DNA of 64,000 nucleotides from Clostridia bacterium (GTDB lineage: Bacteria; Bacillota; Clostridia; Christensenellales; CAG-138), in the NCBI GenBank assembly GCA_036677445.1, contig JAVBWI010000027.1:115376-179375 (forward strand), read 5' to 3'. Both the position numbers and the translations under genes were made by a program. Every line of letters starts with the position of its first letter. Within the stretch, counting starts at the first letter, position 1. The notes under the pieces are model-generated. The model was given only the letters and a program-made list of their open reading frames with translations, was not told where the DNA came from and made no database searches. Below are positions 58,153 through 64,000 of this stretch, in pieces.

Positions 58153-59352
58153 ATGTTACACGACCTGAACAAAAAAGGCTTCGCCACACGGCAGATCCAC
58201 ACCGGCGCAGTCGGCATTCCCGGCATCAATCCTCTTTCCACCCCTATTTTCCAGACCAGTACGTTCATATTCGACGATGCGGCGCAGGGTGGGCGGCGCT
58301 TCAAACTCGAAGAGCCCGGCTACATTTACACGCGTCTTGGCAACCCCAACGCGGGGCAGGTGAGCGAAAAGCTTGCTTCGCTCGAAGGCGGGGAGGCGGG
58401 GCTCACGCTGGCGTCCGGCATGGGCGCGATCACCACCGTGTTCTGGACGGTGCTGCGTGCCGGCGACCATGTGCTTGCGGATGAGACGCTTTACGGCTGC
58501 ACATTCGCCTACCTCTCGCACGGCCTTACGCGCTATGGGGTAGAAGTCTCCTTCGTAGATTTCACCGACCCGCAAAATGTTACAAAGCATCTGCGCAAGA
58601 ACACAAAGATCGTCTATTTCGAGACTCCGGCCAACCCCAACATGAAGATCATCGACATAGAAGCCGTTTCCGCCGCCGCGCACGCTTACAGCAGCGATAT
58701 CAAGGTGGTGGTGGATAACACCTTCTGTACGCCGTATATTCAGCGTCCGCTGGAATGGGGCGCTGATGTGGTGGTGCATTCGGGCACAAAGTACCTGAAC
58801 GGGCACGGCGACGTGATCGCGGGCATGATCGTGGGCAAAGCGGACTTTATCGGCGAATGCTGCATATTCGGGCTGAAGGATATGACCGGCGCGGTCGTCG
58901 GCCCGTTTGAAGCGTATCTGATCGCCCGCGGCCTGAAAACGCTGGATATCCGCATGGAACGGCACAGCAAAAACGCCATGGCCGTCGCGGAGTTTCTGGA
59001 GGGGCACGAAAAGGTCAAAACGGTCTACTATCCCGGCCTGAAAAGCTGCGCGGGCTATGAGACGGCCAAAAAGCAGATGCGCCTGCCCGGCGGCATGATC
59101 ACATTCGAGCTGGACGCGTCCAAGGCGGAGTGCGAGACATTTATCAATTCCCTGGAGCTGTGCTCGCTTGCCGTATCGCTGGGCGATACGGAAACGCTCA
59201 TACAGCATCCGGCCTCCATGACACACAGCACCTACACGCCCGAGGAACTCAAAGAGGCGGGCATCAGCGAAGGCATGATCCGCCTTTCCGTCGGCTTGGA
59301 GGACCCGGAGGATATCATAGCCGATATTCAAAACGGCCTGTCAAAAATCTGA
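58153..59352 (+). CDS. megL: Methionine gamma-lyase
   Basis: YIYTRLGNP, ASGMGAI, TLYGCT (MGL Cys), PLP-Lys HSGTKYLNGHGD, GLKDMTG, AVSLGD.ETLIQHPASMTH. Confidence 0.9.
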   Translation: MLHDLNKKGFATRQIHTGAVGIPGINPLSTPIFQTSTFIFDDAAQGGRRFKLEEPGYIYTRLGNPNAGQVSEKLASLEGGEAGLTLASGMGAITTVFWTVLRAGDHVLADETLYGCTFAYLSHGLTRYGVEVSFVDFTDPQNVTKHLRKNTKIVYFETPANPNMKIIDIEAVSAAAHAYSSDIKVVVDNTFCTPYIQRPLEWGADVVVHSGTKYLNGHGDVIAGMIVGKADFIGECCIFGLKDMTGAVVGPFEAYLIARGLKTLDIRMERHSKNAMAVAEFLEGHEKVKTVYYPGLKSCAGYETAKKQMRLPGGMITFELDASKAECETFINSLELCSLAVSLGDTETLIQHPASMTHSTYTPEELKEAGISEGMIRLSVGLEDPEDIIADIQNGLSKI

Positions 59353-59436
59353 TACTTTCTGCGGCGGGCGGCGCAAATGGCGGTGCAGCCGCCCGCAGTC
59401 GGAATAAAGGCCGCATGGCAACGCGTGCGGCCTTTT

Positions 59437-59630
59437 AGAGTGTCAAAAAAGTGACTGCGTCACTTTTTTGAGTTTCACAGGAACCGCCTGCATCTTCGAT
59501 GCGGTCGGCGGTTCCTGCAGGGAAAGCCTTGCGATGCAAGGCTTTGCGCTCGCGCCGCACATGTCGCCGCTCGCGAATAAAGCCTATTGCGACAGTCGTT
59601 TGTTATCCATCAAAGACTTTTTGCCACTCT
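59437..59630. mobile_element. MITE-like element (family 1) with clear terminal inverted repeats
   Basis: Left end AGAGTGTCAAAAAAGT; right end ACTTTTTGCCACTCT (reverse complement AGAGTGGCAAAAAGT); abuts the megL terminator hairpin. Confidence 0.7.
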
Positions 59631-59726
59631 GAGGGACTGTACAATTTCGGATGCCTTTGCCTCCTGCGGCGTGTCAAGCGCCCGCTTTTTTTCGAACAGC
59701 GTGTACAACAAGCATAGAAGCAACCA

Positions 59727-59987
59727 TTACAGCAGCGTATACAGCCACAGCCCGGTCGCAACGATGCCGACAAGCGCGTTTAATATTAACAGCGCCATGG
59801 GCAGGCGGCGCTTTTTTTTTGTTTTGACCGCACGGTATTCCATGCCCGCAATCAGGAGCCCCACAAGGGCGGCAGCCGTAGCGGAAAATGCCGGATACTG
59901 CGCGTAAAACGCGCCTTCACCGAGCAGCCGGTCGTAAAGCAGGAAGCCCGCGCCCGTACTGCACAGAAACGACAGGAATAGCGCCAT
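59727..59987 (-). CDS. Small three-TM membrane protein
   Basis: RBS AAGGAGG; three hydrophobic segments. Confidence 0.65.
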   Translation of the reverse strand: MALFLSFLCSTGAGFLLYDRLLGEGAFYAQYPAFSATAAALVGLLIAGMEYRAVKTKKKRRLPMALLILNALVGIVATGLWLYTLL

Positions 59988-60178
59988 CGTTATAACCCTC
60001 CTTCATAACAGTACATGGATCAGCCGTATTATAGCATAGAAATTATGCAAAAAATAGCTGGAAGCGCCCGATATATGCATGCTATACTATAACATGAAGC
60101 AATAGGGCCCGGCACGGTTTGCCCGCCCTGCTGTAAGCAAGTTTTTATTATACACGATGATAAGGAGGGCTTTTCAGC

Positions 60179-60871
60179 ATGCAATACTCCCGCGAAGTGG
60201 AGGAAATGGTATGCGTCGCAAAAGGCGCAAAGCATGACCCCGCGCCCATACCCGAAGAGGGCAAATGGGTAAAGGCCAAACAGATTACCGATATCAGCGG
60301 CCTTACGCACGGCGTAGGCTGGTGCGCGCCGCAGCAGGGCGCATGTAAACTGACGCTCAACGTCAAAAACGGCGTGATCGAGGAAGCGCTTGTCGAGACG
60401 CTCGGCTGTTCCGGTATGACGCATTCGGCGGCCATGGCCTCCGAAGTGCTGCCCGGCAAGACAATACTCGAGGCGCTCAATACCGACCTCGTTTGCGACG
60501 CCATCAACACCGCCATGCGCGAGCTGTTCCTGCAGATCGCTTACGGCCGTACGCAGAGCGCTTTCTCGGAGGGCGGCCTGCCTATCGGCGCGGGCCTCGA
60601 GGATCTCGGCAAGGGCCTCAGGTCCCAGATCGGCACCATGTACGGCACAAAGTGCAAGGGCGTCCGCTACCTGGAAATGGCGGAAGGCTATGTGCTTAAC
60701 ATCGGCCTGGATGAGAACGGCGAGGTCATCGGCTACCGCTTCGTATCCTTGGGCAAGATGATGGACGCCATCAAGAAGGGCGTCGACCCAAAGGAAGCGT
60801 ATGAAAAGAATATCGGCACCTACGGCCGTTTTGCGGACGCCGCCAAAGTGATCGATCCGCGCCACGAATAA
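60179..60871 (+). CDS. IscU/NifU-like Fe-S scaffold-fold protein (GGGtGRT-associated type)
   Basis: GWCAPQQGAC, ETLGCSGMTHSAAMASE, LNTDLVCDAIN. Confidence 0.85.
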   Translation: MQYSREVEEMVCVAKGAKHDPAPIPEEGKWVKAKQITDISGLTHGVGWCAPQQGACKLTLNVKNGVIEEALVETLGCSGMTHSAAMASEVLPGKTILEALNTDLVCDAINTAMRELFLQIAYGRTQSAFSEGGLPIGAGLEDLGKGLRSQIGTMYGTKCKGVRYLEMAEGYVLNIGLDENGEVIGYRFVSLGKMMDAIKKGVDPKEAYEKNIGTYGRFADAAKVIDPRHE

Positions 60872-60887
60872 GAGGGGAGGGAGTAGC

Positions 60888-61883
60888 ATGATCCAATTTG
60901 AAGGGTACGACAGAAGAATAGAAAAGATCAACCGCTCCCTCGCCGAATACGGCATCAAGGGATTGGAAGACGCGCGCGCCATCTGCGACGCCAAGGGCGT
61001 GGACGTGGAAGGTATTGTGCGCTCAATACAGCCCATCGCGTTTGAAAACGCCGTTTGGGCTTACATTGCGGGCGCCGCCATCGCCATCAAAAAAGGCTGC
61101 AAGTGTGCCGCGGACGCCGCGGAGGCGCTGGGTGTCGGCTTGCAGGCGTTCTGCATCCCCGGTTCCGTCGCCGACCAGCGCGCCGTCGGTTTGGGCCACG
61201 GCAACCTCGCGGCCATGCTGCTGCGCGAAGAGACCAAGTGCTTCGCTTTCCTGGCAGGCCATGAAAGCTTCGCCGCGGCCGAAGGCGCCATCGGCATCGC
61301 AAAGACGGCCAACAAGGTGCGAAAATCGCCACTGCAGGTTATACTGAACGGCCTCGGCAAGGACGCCGCCACCATCATTTCCCGCATCAACGGCTTCACG
61401 CTCGTCGAGACGGAGTATGATTATTACACAGGCGAGCTCAAAGTGTTGTTTGAAAAGGCCTACTCCACCGGCGACCGCGCGAAGGTGCGCTGCTACGGCG
61501 CGGACGACGTGAACGAGGGCGTGGCCATTATGCGCCACGAGAGCGTGGATGTTTCCATCACCGGCAACTCCACCAACCCCACCCGCTTCCAGCATCCCGT
61601 CGCGGGCACCTACAAGAAGTGGTGCGTCGAAAACGGCAAGAAATATTTCTCCGTCGCATCCGGAGGCGGCACGGGCCGCACCCTGCATCCCGACAACATG
61701 GCGGCCGGCCCCGCTTCCTACGGCATGACGGATACCATGGGCCGCATGCACTCTGACGCGCAGTTCGCAGGCTCCTCCTCCGTGCCCGCGCATGTGGAAA
61801 TGATGGGCCTCATCGGCATGGGCAACAACCCCATGGTGGGCGCTTCCGTCGCGGTAGCCGTCGCCATCGAACAGGCGGGTTAA
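60888..61883 (+). CDS. GGGtGRT protein
   Basis: Signature SVASGGGTGRTLHPDNM. Confidence 0.93.
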   Translation: MIQFEGYDRRIEKINRSLAEYGIKGLEDARAICDAKGVDVEGIVRSIQPIAFENAVWAYIAGAAIAIKKGCKCAADAAEALGVGLQAFCIPGSVADQRAVGLGHGNLAAMLLREETKCFAFLAGHESFAAAEGAIGIAKTANKVRKSPLQVILNGLGKDAATIISRINGFTLVETEYDYYTGELKVLFEKAYSTGDRAKVRCYGADDVNEGVAIMRHESVDVSITGNSTNPTRFQHPVAGTYKKWCVENGKKYFSVASGGGTGRTLHPDNMAAGPASYGMTDTMGRMHSDAQFAGSSSVPAHVEMMGLIGMGNNPMVGASVAVAVAIEQAG

Positions 61884-61885
61884 TC

Positions 61886-62054
61886 TGGCCGCTGACAACA
61901 TCCTATAGACTTTGTCAGCGGGTTTTCTGAAGGTCAGATTGCCGCTATGAGCGGCATTCTCCCACAAATTCGGTGAGTGAATCGCCGAATTTGAATGGGA
62001 TGTGGGGGATTGCGTCCCCCACACCCCCTAACGGGCGTTTTCAGGAACACCTGA
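61886..62054. mobile_element. MITE-like repeat (family 1b)
   Basis: CCGCTGACAA..TTGTCAGCGG-GTTTTCTG..TGCCGCT..AGCGGCA..GTGGGGG..CCCCCACACCCCC; homologous to 62871-63136. Confidence 0.7.
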
Positions 62055-62325
62055 CCTGAATGGAACATTCGTGTATTCTTCAGGGGAAGATGTGCTCCAG
62101 TTAGCCGCACAATCAATCGCCCGCTCCCGAATGAAGCCTAAAACGAAAGCATCCGGATGGTTTTTGTTGCGGGCTTTCCGACAGCTATGCTGTCCGGTGG
62201 TATCATCATCGGGCAGCTGTTTTATAAGAAAACGGGTTTTATTCCCGTAAACGTGTTTAAAATTAAGGCAGTGCTTTTTCGCCGCAGATACGAAGGAGCA
62301 TGCCCGGAAAGAAAGGAGATATACT

Positions 62326-62865
62326 ATGAAGTCGCTGAAAGGTACCAAAACCGAAGCCAACCTGTTGACCGCTTTTGCCGGTGAATCCCAGGCACGCACC
62401 AAGTACACCTATTATGCATCCCGCGCCAAGAAAGATGGCTACGAGCAGATCGCCGCGCTGTTTATGGAGACTGCCGAGAATGAGAAGGAGCATGCGAAGC
62501 TCTGGTTCAAACTGCTGCATGACGGTATCCCCGCCACGTCGGAAAACCTGAAGGACGCCGCCGCAGGCGAAAACTACGAGTGGACGGATATGTACGCCAA
62601 CATGGCGAAGGATGCCCGCGAGGAGGGTTTTGAGAATATCGCCAAGATGATGGACGGCGTTGCGGCGGTCGAAAAGCGCCACGAAGAACGCTACCGCAAA
62701 CTGCTTGCCAATATCGAGGAGGGCAAGGTGTTCAAGCGCGACACACCCGTCAAGTGGCAGTGTGCCAATTGCGGCCATGTACATGAAGGTACCGACGCGC
62801 CCGACGTATGCCCCGTTTGCGCGCACCCCTTAAGCTTCTTCCAGATACTCGCGGAGAATTATTAA
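62326..62865 (+). CDS. rbr: Rubrerythrin
   Basis: [35 protein letters not shown]. Confidence 0.96.
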   Translation: MKSLKGTKTEANLLTAFAGESQARTKYTYYASRAKKDGYEQIAALFMETAENEKEHAKLWFKLLHDGIPATSENLKDAAAGENYEWTDMYANMAKDAREEGFENIAKMMDGVAAVEKRHEERYRKLLANIEEGKVFKRDTPVKWQCANCGHVHEGTDAPDVCPVCAHPLSFFQILAENY

Positions 62866-62870
62866 TCATT

Positions 62871-63136
62871 TCAGGCCATCGACAAAGTCCTACTGACTTT
62901 GTCGATGGGTTTTCTGCGGGTTAAAATGCCGCTCATAGCGGCATTTTTTCCGCCAATTTGACGCACAAAGACGCTGCGCTGTCAAATTGGATTAAATGTG
63001 GGGGGCTTCCCGTAGGGAAGCGGGTTCGTTGGCTCATGAGAGCCAAAAATCGATCCTGTGAATCGATTTTAGAACCCCGAGTACCTCGATGCGAATCCCC
63101 CACACCCCCAGGGCGGGTTTGTCGATACTTGGCTGA
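62871..63136. mobile_element. MITE-like repeat (family 1b)
   Basis: Imperfectly inverted ends TCAGGCCATCGACAAA and TTTGTCGATACTTGGCTGA; interior homologous to 61886-62054. Confidence 0.7.
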
Positions 63137-63364
63137 CGCGCATGTCGTCAGCTTTGATTTATTTTATGGGGTTTATCATCAACGACTGCGTGAACGGAGT
63201 GTTTCACCGTTGCTCATGTCGGCATCATATCATTCATATAATTCGTCATTTCCGGTGGCATGCCACGGAATCGCATATTTCAGCCTATCGTTAAAAATCT
63301 TTCCTTTTAAGGCACCCTTCCGATGCGCATACTAACAAAAAATCCGAACAAGGAGTGCTGCGGT

Positions 63365-64000
63365 TTGATTCAACTCACCCATGCGCGCGTCACGGTGCCC
63401 GAAGGCGGCAAGCTCATGCGGCTAAAAGGCGCTTTGCTCAAAGAAAATACCGGGCAGGGCCGTCTGCCCGTTCTGCACGATTTCACGCTGTGGCTGGGGC
63501 GGGGCGAAGCCTGGGCGGTGCTTGGCGAGCCGGGCGCGGGCAAAACCACGCTGCTCCGGGTCATCGCCGGGCAGATCATACCGGAAAAAGGCTCCTGCAC
63601 GGTGCACGGCCGCGCCGCGGCCGCCATCGGCCTGGACGGACTGCTGCCCCGCGAGACGGGCGCGGGAAATGTAAAGCTAAGCTGCGGCATGCAGGGCATG
63701 GACGCGGCGGGCACCCGCGGACACATCGCGGCGGTGGGCGCGCACTGCGGCCTGGGCGAACAGTACTATAAGCCGGTATCCGGCTATGACAAGTCCATGC
63801 GGGCGCGGCTCCTGCTATCCATGGCGCTGGTGCAAAAGCCAGACGTTTTGCTGCTTTCGGATGTGCTGGAGCATTGCGACCTGCCGTTTCAGCAGGCCTG
63901 CGTGACAGAAATCCGCCGCATGCAGCGCGCGGGCATGACGCTGCTGATGGAAAGCGAAATCCCCGCGCTGCTGCGCCGCCTGTGCGAGAGCGCGCTGTGG
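63365..64000 (+). CDS. ABC transporter ATP-binding protein (TagH/Wzt-like, degenerate motifs); runs off the window end
   Basis: Not in the ORF track. Manual translation from TTG 63365 (RBS AAGGAG) gives Walker A GEPGAGKT, TGAGNV, signature region YDKSMRARL and Walker B LLLSD. Confidence 0.8.
   Translation, partial: MIQLTHARVTVPEGGKLMRLKGALLKENTGQGRLPVLHDFTLWLGRGEAWAVLGEPGAGKTTLLRVIAGQIIPEKGSCTVHGRAAAAIGLDGLLPRETGAGNVKLSCGMQGMDAAGTRGHIAAVGAHCGLGEQYYKPVSGYDKSMRARLLLSMALVQKPDVLLLSDVLEHCDLPFQQACVTEIRRMQRAGMTLLMESEIPALLRRLCESALW

Overview
This is a 64-kb chromosomal window from a GC-rich, spore-forming clostridial bacterium (spoIIR, forespore-type promoters, T-box, AddAB, GlnRS, rubrerythrin, flavodiiron protein). 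Most of it is housekeeping: a glycine cleavage operon under a tandem glycine riboswitch, malQ, a serpin with an ECF sigma/anti-sigma pair, an orphan DNA methyltransferase, T-box-pheST, a CCA enzyme, recF-remB-gyrBA (here detached from dnaA/dnaN), fprA, spoIIR, gltX-glnS, addAB, rarA, an FMN riboswitch with an ECF S component, megL and rubrerythrin. The standout is a ~10.6-kb minus-strand cluster at 40544-51140 that looks like a domesticated short-tailed (P22/N4-like) virion module. It encodes a portal, scaffold, N4-gp56-type capsid, head-tail adaptor and nozzle-like beta-propeller, followed by three proteins sharing an N-terminal peptidoglycan-binding-like tag. The last of these carries an AT-rich lysozyme/transglycosylase-like C-terminal domain and is followed by an immunity-like membrane protein. 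I see no terminase, integrase, replication, repressor, lysis or tail-fibre genes. The structural genes have host-like GC, host MITE-like repeats sit inside the cluster, and LexA (Cheo)-type boxes precede it. It is a candidate SOS-inducible capsid-based effector-delivery or GTA-like system. Other oddities are a ~180-nt rod-like hairpin inserted in the second glycine aptamer, a tandem double-domain RluA pseudouridine synthase, and several MITE/REP-like repeat families. All family assignments come from visual motif recognition; no database searches were run.
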